From positions 192,001 through 256,000 of the forward strand of contig JAEHCQ010000002.1 in NCBI GenBank assembly GCA_020696385.1: a DNA stretch of 64,000 nt. The letters run 5' to 3'. A program made the position numbers and the translations under genes. Positions 21,512 through 29,970 of this stretch are shown here, piece by piece. The notes beneath the pieces were generated by a model that saw only the letters and a list, made by a program, of their open reading frames with translations, had not been told where the DNA came from and did no database searches. The stretch is from Methanobacteriota archaeon (GTDB lineage: Archaea; Thermoplasmatota; Thermoplasmata; SG8-5; JAGLSY01). Position 1 is the first letter of the stretch. Each line of letters starts with the position of its first letter.

Positions 21512-21653
21512 GTCCCGTGGTAGCACCTCGGGACCATATCCGCTCATTCTTTCTGTATCCTCGACCCTTGGGCCAGGACCATTCTGTTCACTGTCTTATT
21601 ATCGTCCTGTGGTTCGCACCTCGGGACCATATCCGCTCATTCTTTCTGTATCC
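21512..21653. repeat. Two-copy direct repeat with hairpin
   Basis: 38-bp identity gcacctcgggaccatatccgctcattctttctgtatcc at 21523 and 21616. Confidence 0.9.
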
Positions 21654-21739
21654 CCAACCACCTGATCAGGAAATATTTATTATGAAACGAGCACACCACC
21701 AATAATGAATTCATATATTTCGTTTTTGGGTGTTTATTC

Positions 21740-22336
21740 TCAAAAAGATGGATTATCAATGACCTGTGGTTGTCCATCCACTTCCATCACGATGGACCTG
21801 AATCCTTTATCCTCAATGGCTCCATAATCATGGCCAGCATCCTTCGGGAAGATGGCCAAAAGAATAAAATCCTCATCTCCGACATTGATGGTTCTATGAG
21901 CCCATCCAGATGGTACATAGACCCCGCCACCTTCATTCAGAGGCATATGCCTTATTTCATCATCCTCGGACTGCATGATGATCATCCCCTTGCCAGATAG
22001 ACAAAAATAATACTCGTCCGCACTCTTAGATTCATGAAAATGACCCTTAGTCATGTGGAATTCCTTACCAACCTTTCCGGGCTTCATGATCGTGAGCCCC
22101 ATATCGGTCGAATGTGGTCCACGTATCTCGTAGACCTCGTATATGAGCTTGTCTGGATCGGCTGATTCTTGAAAGAATCCTTTCATGTCCCCACCCTTCC
22201 TGATGATATAATTATCACTGTTGCTGATGAAAGTATCTACATCTTCCTTGTGAAGACTGAATGGATCCAATGTGTTGGATTTGACCATAATCACGTGTAG
22301 AAGCTTCTTACATAATAAGATAACGCATTTATACAA
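21740..22336 (-). CDS. Cupin-type glucose-6-phosphate isomerase
   Basis: PGKVGKEFHMTKGHFH, EYY, HRTINVG, AGHDYG; start may be later (MVKSN). Confidence 0.9.
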   Translation of the reverse strand: MYKCVILLCKKLLHVIMVKSNTLDPFSLHKEDVDTFISNSDNYIIRKGGDMKGFFQESADPDKLIYEVYEIRGPHSTDMGLTIMKPGKVGKEFHMTKGHFHESKSADEYYFCLSGKGMIIMQSEDDEIRHMPLNEGGGVYVPSGWAHRTINVGDEDFILLAIFPKDAGHDYGAIEDKGFRSIVMEVDGQPQVIDNPSF

Positions 22337-22344
22337 ACAGCTGT

Positions 22345-24210
22345 ATGGAGTCGCATATGGCCGAGAAAAATAAGCCTATCTCCAATCCAATAACTCGGGT
22401 GATGAGACGGGGTCAGAATATGATCCACAAACACCATAAACAGGAGGTGAGAGAGTATATCATCCTGGGCTGGCTGGCTGTGATCGTTGGTATGATCGCA
22501 GGTATCGGGGCTGTAGTGTTCAGGTACCTGATCAATGGTGTCGGTCGCCTTTTTGGTTTTTATTCGGACGGCCCATTTTCTTTTCTTGAGAGCGATCTTG
22601 GAAATTTAGTCTTCCTGGCACCCGCTATCGGTGGTTTGATTGTGGGTCTCTTGGTCTACAAATATGCCTCTGAAGCAAAGGGGCATGGAGTACCAGAGGT
22701 CATGGGGGCCATGATAGCCAATGAGGGTAAAATAAGACCCCGAGTGGCTATTGTCAAGATATTCACCTCCGCCATCTGCATAGGTTCTGGAGGTTCTGCA
22801 GGACGTGAGGGACCCATAGTTCAGATCGGAGCAACAGGCGGGTCAGCTCTCGGGCAGGGCCTGGGGCTATCAGCTAATGATACCAGGACCCTTCTGGCTT
22901 GTGGAGCAGCTGCTGGAATAGCGGCCACTTTCAATGCACCTCTGGGAGCCATGATGTTCGCCATCGAGCTGATTCTTCTGGAATTCAAGACACGTTCCTT
23001 CATTCCACTTGTCATATCCTCGGTTACAGCGACCATAGTCGCTCATGCTGTATTCGGTGTGGAGATCGCTTTCCCTATAAAGGACATCTACACCCTGACC
23101 CAGCCTCTCACAGAGATACCATTGTACATCTTCCTTGGGATCTTGAGTGGATTGGCCGCGATCTTATTCGTTTATCTTCTTTACAAGTTCGAAGATGCCT
23201 TTGATGATATGAAAATGCCCGAGTATGTCAAGCCCATGATCGGTGGTCTCGCGCTTGGTATTGTTGGTCTTATATCATATCAATATCTTGGGCATTACTA
23301 CATATTCGGTACTGGTTATGGGACAATGATGCCAATACTCGATCCCATTAATTATGGGGCACTGGGTACTGATGCGACATATTCTCTTCTATTCCTCTTA
23401 GCAGGCCTGGCACTTCTCAAGATATTCTCGACCAGCCTCACACTTGGATCGGGTGGATCGGGTGGAGTGTTCGCCCCCTCATTGTTCATCGGGGCGGCCG
23501 TTGGCGGAGCTTTTGGAGTTGGCGTCAATATATTCTTCCCCTCACTTCCAGTTCCATATGGGGCTTATGCCCTTGTGGGTATGGCGGCAGTGTTCGCAGG
23601 CACTAGTAGAGCCACACTCACCGCCATCCTCATAATGTTCGAGATGACCAGTAACTATCAAATCATTCTGCCCCTCATGTTCGCCTGCGTGGTCAGTGAT
23701 GGTGTTGCCAAGATAATATCCAAGGATACTATCTACACCAAGAAATTGAATAGGAAAGGCATCAAATACTCTTATGAAAGGGAGATCAATATTCTGGAGA
23801 CCATATCTGTGGAGGACGCGATGGTGAAGAATGTGACCACCGCGAGGGAGAATATGAAGGTCAGAGAGGTATCGGATATAATTCTGGAATCTGGATTCCA
23901 GGGCTTCCCATGTATATGCGAGGAGGGAAAGCTCGTTGGAATTGTAACCCATTCAGATGTGAGGGAGGCAATGGCCAATGGTCTGGCAGATTCCAATATA
24001 TGCGATATTGAGACAAAGAAGGATCTTCAGGTGGTTCATCCGGACATGACCCTGGAGGATGCGATGGAATTGATGTCATCCATGGAATTAGGTCATTTAC
24101 CAGTTGTGTCAAGGGAGCACCCAGACGAACTTGTTGGATTCCTTTCAAGGAATGATATAATCAAGGTTTATAAAGACAAAAAAGGCGAGAGGAAGCAGAC
24201 ATGGCTATGA
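22345..24210 (+). CDS. ClC chloride channel/antiporter with CBS pair
   Basis: GHGVPE, GREGP, GGVFAP, IYT; C-terminal CBS domains. Confidence 0.93.
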   Translation: MESHMAEKNKPISNPITRVMRRGQNMIHKHHKQEVREYIILGWLAVIVGMIAGIGAVVFRYLINGVGRLFGFYSDGPFSFLESDLGNLVFLAPAIGGLIVGLLVYKYASEAKGHGVPEVMGAMIANEGKIRPRVAIVKIFTSAICIGSGGSAGREGPIVQIGATGGSALGQGLGLSANDTRTLLACGAAAGIAATFNAPLGAMMFAIELILLEFKTRSFIPLVISSVTATIVAHAVFGVEIAFPIKDIYTLTQPLTEIPLYIFLGILSGLAAILFVYLLYKFEDAFDDMKMPEYVKPMIGGLALGIVGLISYQYLGHYYIFGTGYGTMMPILDPINYGALGTDATYSLLFLLAGLALLKIFSTSLTLGSGGSGGVFAPSLFIGAAVGGAFGVGVNIFFPSLPVPYGAYALVGMAAVFAGTSRATLTAILIMFEMTSNYQIILPLMFACVVSDGVAKIISKDTIYTKKLNRKGIKYSYEREINILETISVEDAMVKNVTTARENMKVREVSDIILESGFQGFPCICEEGKLVGIVTHSDVREAMANGLADSNICDIETKKDLQVVHPDMTLEDAMELMSSMELGHLPVVSREHPDELVGFLSRNDIIKVYKDKKGERKQTWL

Positions 24211-24680
24211 TAATTGGTTCCAAACACACCATAACGGATATAGATCAGACACTTGAAGAAGTGAATGGCATATCGAAAAACATGGGAATCGGTATCCAGA
24301 TCCTGGATGCTGGCCTGATCTTTGGCAAGGAACATTTGATGGTGGCTGTGGAGAAAGCCGAAAGAGCCTTTGCTCAGAATATGAACATATCAAAATCCAT
24401 ACCCACGGAGGTCATGCTATACGCAGGAGCGGAGAGGCAGATATCCAAAGCGATACAGAAAATGGGTATCAAGAAGGATTTGGAAGAGCTGGCCATAATA
24501 TTGCACGGGGATGTGGATCCGATTGTATTTTTATCCAATATTGGATGGAAACGCGATGATACAGTTCTGGAGCCAGATATTGATCGAGCCAGTGATTTTG
24601 GAATCACGGCTCAGGTGGATGAGAATAATATCACGGATCTGGTACTTGAGAGGATGGCCCTTTCAGAGCTGGACAGGTGA
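24201..24680 (+). CDS. cgi121: KEOPS subunit Cgi121
   Basis: HLMVAVEKA, EVMLYAGAERQISKAI..MGIK, LERMAL. Confidence 0.9.
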   Translation: MAMIIGSKHTITDIDQTLEEVNGISKNMGIGIQILDAGLIFGKEHLMVAVEKAERAFAQNMNISKSIPTEVMLYAGAERQISKAIQKMGIKKDLEELAIILHGDVDPIVFLSNIGWKRDDTVLEPDIDRASDFGITAQVDENNITDLVLERMALSELDR

Positions 24681-24789
24681 ACAAATACTCCGAATAAATA
24701 ATGAATATGAACGTATTAGTTCTTCTAATCGCTAGTGAGATATATAACAGAGGCGATTAGAAAGAATATAGGCGATCGGAAGATCATTA

Positions 24790-25110
24790 TCACAATAATA
24801 CTAAAATGAACCCAATAATGATCTCCGCCAATGCTAGGCAGAAAACGAAAACTGTTGAATTGACACCTGATTTTTTTTCTTCCACATTCTTATTTGTTTC
24901 ATTAATTCTGTAGGAGGATTTATAGAGGGGGGATCTCCCATCTCGCTTCATCCTTTGTTTGTGTGGATTTCCACCATATGCATCTATGGAGTTCCAAACA
25001 ATTAGTAATAGCAGGGCCCCAAATCCTATTGGGAATATGGGATTGACCAGCACGCCAAGTACTATCATTATTATGGTGATAATTATCAAGCCCTTCATCT
25101 TTCCATTCAT
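24790..25110 (-). CDS. Small membrane protein
   Basis: 106-aa ORF with three hydrophobic segments. Confidence 0.6.
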   Translation of the reverse strand: MNGKMKGLIIITIIMIVLGVLVNPIFPIGFGALLLLIVWNSIDAYGGNPHKQRMKRDGRSPLYKSSYRINETNKNVEEKKSGVNSTVFVFCLALAEIIIGFILVLL

Positions 25111-25174
25111 ATACTGATTAATGCGATATATGTATTTAAATGAGTTTCGGGAAAGCCCTGGGGTTTCCGCAGGA

Positions 25175-26227
25175 TTATATTAGAACCTCGATGTGTAAGT
25201 ATTCTCTGTTATTGTTATCACTATCGATTTCATCGATATTGTCACCGCCAATCATATTATTCAACTGGTTTTCCACACCAGTTTCATACTCAATATAATC
25301 CACCTGGACAATTATCTTCCTGTTCAACAATGTTCCATCATTTTCCAAATCATGATGTAGATAATCCACCACTCTCCATGGTTCATTGGCTGTGACTGTA
25401 ATTTCTGCATAAGGTGCTAGTGGTTCGATAATTATTGGTTCCCCTATCTGCCTGGTCTCATTTTTATCAATTAAATAATCAATGAATCTAACTCTAATAA
25501 TTCCATTGTCCTCGCCTATACCATCTACCCATTTGGCATTAGGGTCATTGGTGGCGAGGTTACCAAAATTTTTTATAACCGCGGAAACTGAATAGCCAGG
25601 TGGAACAAAAGGAGTTGACATCTCGGGCTTATATTCTGCCCATTCATCATCGGTCAATTCATAAGCATCCTCAATTGGATTATCAAACACCGTGATGGAG
25701 CCCACAAACAGGTCTGGCATCTTCACCTCGCCTTCTTGACCCTTAACCATGATCACGACAAAATCTGTGAAACCTATAGTATTCTTCTGGATTACCAACT
25801 CCCATTTATCATATCCATCCAATACCAGGGCGCTGTTGTCTGGAGATGTTATCGGGATGTTAGGATTGGTGATAGTGGCATGTTTCCATGCAGAGTCATA
25901 TTCATATGATATCGTAGATAGATTGACACCTGGGTGTTCTCCTATTCGATCTCCTATTATTATCGATTCAAGATCAGAGAATCTTGAATTGCTAAAATCA
26001 AGAGTCACTTCTTTTGATTCGAGTGTGCCCTGGCCATATACGAAGCGAATGGAGGCCATCAATTCATCCATAGCATTCTGTAGATCGGTCTTTGTTTGAT
26101 TCTGTATATTCACTTTCATACCATGATATGCTATGGGTACAATGAAGCATACAGCGACCAAGATAACAAGAAGTTTCATCGGTATTTTTTCGATTCCGCT
26201 CCAGTCTCTGTTAATTTCACATCCCAT
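25175..26227 (-). CDS. Pilin-like surface protein with C-terminal CARDB-like domain
   Basis: SG|IEKIPMKLLVILV class III-like signal; PDL, IKNFGN, EIDSDNN. Confidence 0.6.
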   Translation of the reverse strand: MGCEINRDWSGIEKIPMKLLVILVAVCFIVPIAYHGMKVNIQNQTKTDLQNAMDELMASIRFVYGQGTLESKEVTLDFSNSRFSDLESIIIGDRIGEHPGVNLSTISYEYDSAWKHATITNPNIPITSPDNSALVLDGYDKWELVIQKNTIGFTDFVVIMVKGQEGEVKMPDLFVGSITVFDNPIEDAYELTDDEWAEYKPEMSTPFVPPGYSVSAVIKNFGNLATNDPNAKWVDGIGEDNGIIRVRFIDYLIDKNETRQIGEPIIIEPLAPYAEITVTANEPWRVVDYLHHDLENDGTLLNRKIIVQVDYIEYETGVENQLNNMIGGDNIDEIDSDNNNREYLHIEVLI

Positions 26228-26287
26228 ATTATCAATTCTCCAATTATTTCAATTGAGGAAAAATTCGTCCCCTTCTGTCTATTGGCC

Positions 26288-26728
26288 TCATTTGCTCACT
26301 GCAATACTTTGAGTGACAACATTACTACCATCAGATACAGTCACCTGGATGAAATCCGAGTTCGTGTTCGGGGGCAATGTAGGCATAATATCCACAAATG
26401 TGTATGAACCATCATCGCCTGTGATGGCTTTCATATCTATTCCAGCGCCATCAATAGTTATCTCACAACCACTCATCCCTCCATCAGTATTGTAGGCAGT
26501 TACAGTTATATTAAAAGTAGAATTTGAATTGGCATTGTTGAGAGTTGTAGGTGTGACCTCGATATGATCGAGAGGAGGAGTTATGATTAACATCCAAGCT
26601 AGTATAAGACCTACGGATATAGCTGCGGCTATGATAAAAATAAGGAGGTTGGGTGGTAGCCCTGATTCACCTTTATTATCTTCTCTCATATTTCTTTGGA
26701 TACTAATTTTTTTTCTGAGATCGATCAT
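26288..26728 (-). CDS. Type IV pilin-like protein
   Basis: MREDNKG|ESGLPPNLLIFIIAAAISVGLIL followed by a beta-rich domain. Confidence 0.65.
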   Translation of the reverse strand: MIDLRKKISIQRNMREDNKGESGLPPNLLIFIIAAAISVGLILAWMLIITPPLDHIEVTPTTLNNANSNSTFNITVTAYNTDGGMSGCEITIDGAGIDMKAITGDDGSYTFVDIMPTLPPNTNSDFIQVTVSDGSNVVTQSIAVSK

Positions 26729-26888
26729 AATATCACAAACATGAAACCTAAATAATGTATTTGTTTATTTCTTATAAATATATGCATTTTTACACCTGGT
26801 GATTTAATACTGGCTCAGTTGAAGACGATACAATTCCCGAACGAGCAGGCCTGGCGGGTTTTTCTTTATTTGTCCGTCTTTTTTCTTT

Positions 26889-27128
26889 TTGGAGCCAGGC
26901 CAGCACAGTGAGGGTTATAAAAAGAAAATAAGTGGGCCGGTATACGATTGGGCCCTCTGGATAGAATACGGCAATATCAGAATGTCGATGAACAGGACCT
27001 CCATCGACATGGCACCAAACTTTGATAATTTCAAGAGTGAACTTGGTGATGAAGTTCATGCATCCTCATGGAATTCATTGGCATTCGGTGGAGATGGCGA
27101 GGTCAAGATGCACTTCTACACCTGGTGA
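26889..27128 (+). pseudogene. Probable 3' gene fragment ending MHFYTW
   Basis: Coding-like 3' part, no convincing start; its last 21 bp recur at 26782. Confidence 0.35.
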
Positions 27129-27143
27129 GAGACTGTTTTTGAA

Positions 27144-28070
27144 TTAGATCAAATAGCTACCGACATATTCGTATTGATCATTGATCTTCTTTATATCAGG
27201 TTCCTCAAATACCCATTTTCCTGCCTTTCCGAGCTCTATTGCCGAGACCTCGAAATGACTCATGGCGATCCCAATATCAAGTTTCTGAATGGGATATCCC
27301 AGCTTAGTATTGCCAGTGTATTTTGGGTCAAAATCCAGATAAAAATGAATTGATCGTATGCCCTGTTCCTCAACCAACACAAGTCGCCAGGGTTGTTTGT
27401 TGGATGCTGACGGTCCCCATCTCACCATTTCGAATGCGATCTCCAATTCCCTGGCATCTTCCCTTTTCAGCTCCGTTGAAAAATTATTTTTGAAAAATAC
27501 CTGATCCCAGGGTTTTCTATTGTCGGAACCTGCGGTTCTTCTAATAATTTTTTCTTTTATTCTATTGTTATCTGAACCATAACCAATTGGTGAGATGGCG
27601 CCAATAAATTCATTGTCTTTTAGATCGATGAATTTCATGAAAGATTCTCTGCTGAATGTGCCTCCGATCCAGCATGTGCCCAATCCCATCTGTGTCATGT
27701 TCAGGATCGCCTTCTCAAAAGAATATCCCATATCGATTATGGCATCGTTCTCTTTCGAGCATATTGCCACAAGATAGGCCATATGGCCTTTAATAAAACC
27801 ATAAGTGCCCAGTTTGACTCCTTGGTGAGACTCTTCTTTATCGAGCTTCAGGATCTGAAATCTTGAATAATTTCCAAAAGGGCCTGGCTCTGTCTCCAAC
27901 TTCTTTAGTATGATCGTTATTTTTTCAAAAATCTCTTCTGTTATTTTTTGCTCATCATATGTTCTAACAGATGTCCTTTTCTTGATAGTTCCGATCATTG
28001 ATTCATTTGAGTCTAACACAGCATGCACCATGCCTTCAAATGTAACATTCAGTACTTGAGGCTTTTCCAT
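27144..28070 (-). CDS. Nitroreductase family protein (two-domain)
   Basis: IKKRTSVRTY, GLGTCWIGGTF, PSASNKQPWR, DIGIAMSHF. Confidence 0.9.
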   Translation of the reverse strand: MEKPQVLNVTFEGMVHAVLDSNESMIGTIKKRTSVRTYDEQKITEEIFEKITIILKKLETEPGPFGNYSRFQILKLDKEESHQGVKLGTYGFIKGHMAYLVAICSKENDAIIDMGYSFEKAILNMTQMGLGTCWIGGTFSRESFMKFIDLKDNEFIGAISPIGYGSDNNRIKEKIIRRTAGSDNRKPWDQVFFKNNFSTELKREDARELEIAFEMVRWGPSASNKQPWRLVLVEEQGIRSIHFYLDFDPKYTGNTKLGYPIQKLDIGIAMSHFEVSAIELGKAGKWVFEEPDIKKINDQYEYVGSYLI

Positions 28071-28303
28071 GAAAAACCAAAACGAATGAATGCTGGATAG
28101 CCTTTTACTAGTGGCATGAACTTATAATAAGTAAAGTGGGCACGCCCACTGTACTAATTACGCAATTGGCTACCCATCTTTGAACAATAATATATAGAAT
28201 ATAAAAACAAAGATGGCTACGACTTGAAGTCATCACTGAGAAATGTAACGCTTCAAGTCTTGCCATTTTTCTATGAATGTATATAAAATATAGTAAAGAA
28301 AAA

Positions 28304-28416
28304 TGGGCCCGTCCGGATTTGAACCGGAGATCTTCGCCATGTCAAGGCGACGTCATTTCAGGGATCAACACGGTATCGTTTTTCGTGTTGATCAAACCTG
28401 TCTAGACCACGGGCCC
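28304..28416 (-). tRNA. tRNA-Val(GAC) with 38-nt D-loop intron (28357..28394)
   Basis: GGGCCCG...TCGCC TT GAC AT GGCGA...CGGGCCCA; removing the intron restores D-arm GTCTAGACAGGTTATGAC. Confidence 0.9.
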
Positions 28417-28639
28417 CTACTCAGATGACTTGTGTCATCCGCCTTGGTGAGAAATAGCATGGGGTTGAAATACTTTTTGATTGGTTTTTTTGTCCATATG
28501 AGACTAATGGGTATTTTGTCATCAAAAATCATTGCTTTGATATTCAATTATTATTTTGATACTATCTGGCATTGTCGATGTCCGAAATTCATTTATATAG
28601 GTTCGGAGTTAAGCATTAAGAGAATAGTGGGGACGTGTC

Positions 28640-28939
28640 TTGAATAATTTGGATCCCGAATCAGCAGAACAGATTTATCGCGAACTCTATCGTACCTTGG
28701 GAAAGGCCATAGGGTTCCAGATGGCCAGAAACATCGTTAAAATGGGCGAGGAGGGCTTTGATAAGGATAAGCCACTTGAATCCATCGCGGAATTGAACGA
28801 ATCTCTGGTGAGCGCCTTTGGAAAAGCCACTGCGAAGATCATGCTGACCACTTCGGTCAGATGTTGCTTTGATCCAGATAGATCCTCCCTAATCCTAGAA
28901 GAACTCCAGCATAATGGATTGCTTGGTGACGGGAAATGA
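28640..28939 (+). CDS. Small helical protein in KaiC-like operon
   Basis: 99 aa, ATGA overlap with next gene. Confidence 0.7.
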   Translation: MNNLDPESAEQIYRELYRTLGKAIGFQMARNIVKMGEEGFDKDKPLESIAELNESLVSAFGKATAKIMLTTSVRCCFDPDRSSLILEELQHNGLLGDGK

Positions 28940-29184
28940 ACAAGCTAGGTGAAAGTGTTCTCAGTATAATGGAAGAAAGCAACCTGGGGGTTATGAGTAT
29001 CCACGTACTGAAGAAGCAGAGCATGGACGCAGGTCTTGATCTGAATGCATTGAACCCTAGAGATATCAATATATTGACAGAGAAGCTCAGGATCGTGCTT
29101 CCCTTCTTTATCGGATCTGAATCCGATGATGTCCTCATGAAGGTAAACAGATTGGGTGACAATGGAAAAAAAATAGGAGTATGA
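28936..29184 (+). CDS. Small helical protein in KaiC-like operon
   Basis: 82 aa, coupled to neighbours. Confidence 0.7.
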   Translation: MNKLGESVLSIMEESNLGVMSIHVLKKQSMDAGLDLNALNPRDINILTEKLRIVLPFFIGSESDDVLMKVNRLGDNGKKIGV

Positions 29185-29188
29185 ATAG

Positions 29189-29914
29189 ATGATTAAAGGT
29201 AGAGTACCAACAGGCATAACGGGATTGGATGAATTAATCAGCGGAGGATTTCCGGAGGATTCGGTCAACCTCGTTAGTGGTCCAGCAGGTAGCGCAAAGA
29301 GCTTGATATCCATGCAGTTTATTTACAACGGGGTTGTAAATCATGGAGAAACAGGGATCTATCTCACTCTTGAAGAGCCTAGGGAGAATATCATCAGGGC
29401 GATGACCTCGTATGGCATGGACATAGAGAAATACGAGAAAGAGGGAAAACTTCTTCTGCTGGATATGGGAGAGGTTAGAAGGAGAAGTGGTAGTGATGAA
29501 GAGGTCGATGTCGTTGGCTTCGAGGGATTGATGACGATGCTGGATAATCTTCTTAAATTCAGTGGGGCAAAGCGCCTGTCCATTGATTCCGTTACTGCTA
29601 TCGGACTCCACTATGAAGATTCACCAGGTAGACTGCGAAGAGAATTATTCAAATTCGCATCATTCCTCAGGGAGAAGGAATTGACCTCCCTCATGATCAC
29701 GGAATCTATTGAAGGTACACAGCTTACAAGATATGGGATAGAGCAGTTCATCTCTGACTCATTCATCGTCCTTGGATTGGAGGATGTTAAGGGAGAACTG
29801 AGAAGAACATTGACCGTGAGGAAGATGAGATTCACCAAGCATGATACAACGAAGCATCCGCTTTTGATCACCAGCAATGGAATTAATGTGTCAGCCGAGT
29901 CCAAGGTGTTTTGA
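29189..29914 (+). CDS. Single-domain KaiC/RAD55-like ATPase
   Basis: TGITGLDELISGGFP, GPAGSAKS, TLEE, IDS, VRKMRFTKH. Confidence 0.9.
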   Translation: MIKGRVPTGITGLDELISGGFPEDSVNLVSGPAGSAKSLISMQFIYNGVVNHGETGIYLTLEEPRENIIRAMTSYGMDIEKYEKEGKLLLLDMGEVRRRSGSDEEVDVVGFEGLMTMLDNLLKFSGAKRLSIDSVTAIGLHYEDSPGRLRRELFKFASFLREKELTSLMITESIEGTQLTRYGIEQFISDSFIVLGLEDVKGELRRTLTVRKMRFTKHDTTKHPLLITSNGINVSAESKVF

Positions 29915-29945
29915 TGAAAATATCCCAAATGTGGGATATTTTCAT
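29914..29945. promoter_or_regulatory. 14-bp perfect inverted repeat within the KaiC cluster
   Basis: atgaaaatatccca-aatg-tgggatattttcat. Confidence 0.5.
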
Positions 29946-29970
29946 TTAATAGAACTCAGAGGGCTCCAAA

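Noticed and set aside
21512-21653. Possible mini-CRISPR
   Set aside because: Only two copies, no typical repeat terminus, no cas genes or leader
22300-22400. Fluoride riboswitch upstream of the ClC gene
   Set aside because: No crcB-motif consensus; the channel has GREGP rather than the CLC-F signature
26782-27128. DGR template/variable repeat pair or UGA-selenocysteine readthrough
   Set aside because: Match is only 21 bp with synonymous third-position differences; no reverse transcriptase; readthrough product not protein-like
24700-28304. Integrated element with att duplication of the tRNA-Val 3' end
   Set aside because: No second copy of the tRNA end and no integrase found in the window
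28432-28647. 71-aa ORF upstream of the KaiC operon
   Set aside because: Covers the AT-rich divergent promoter region; no SD or motif
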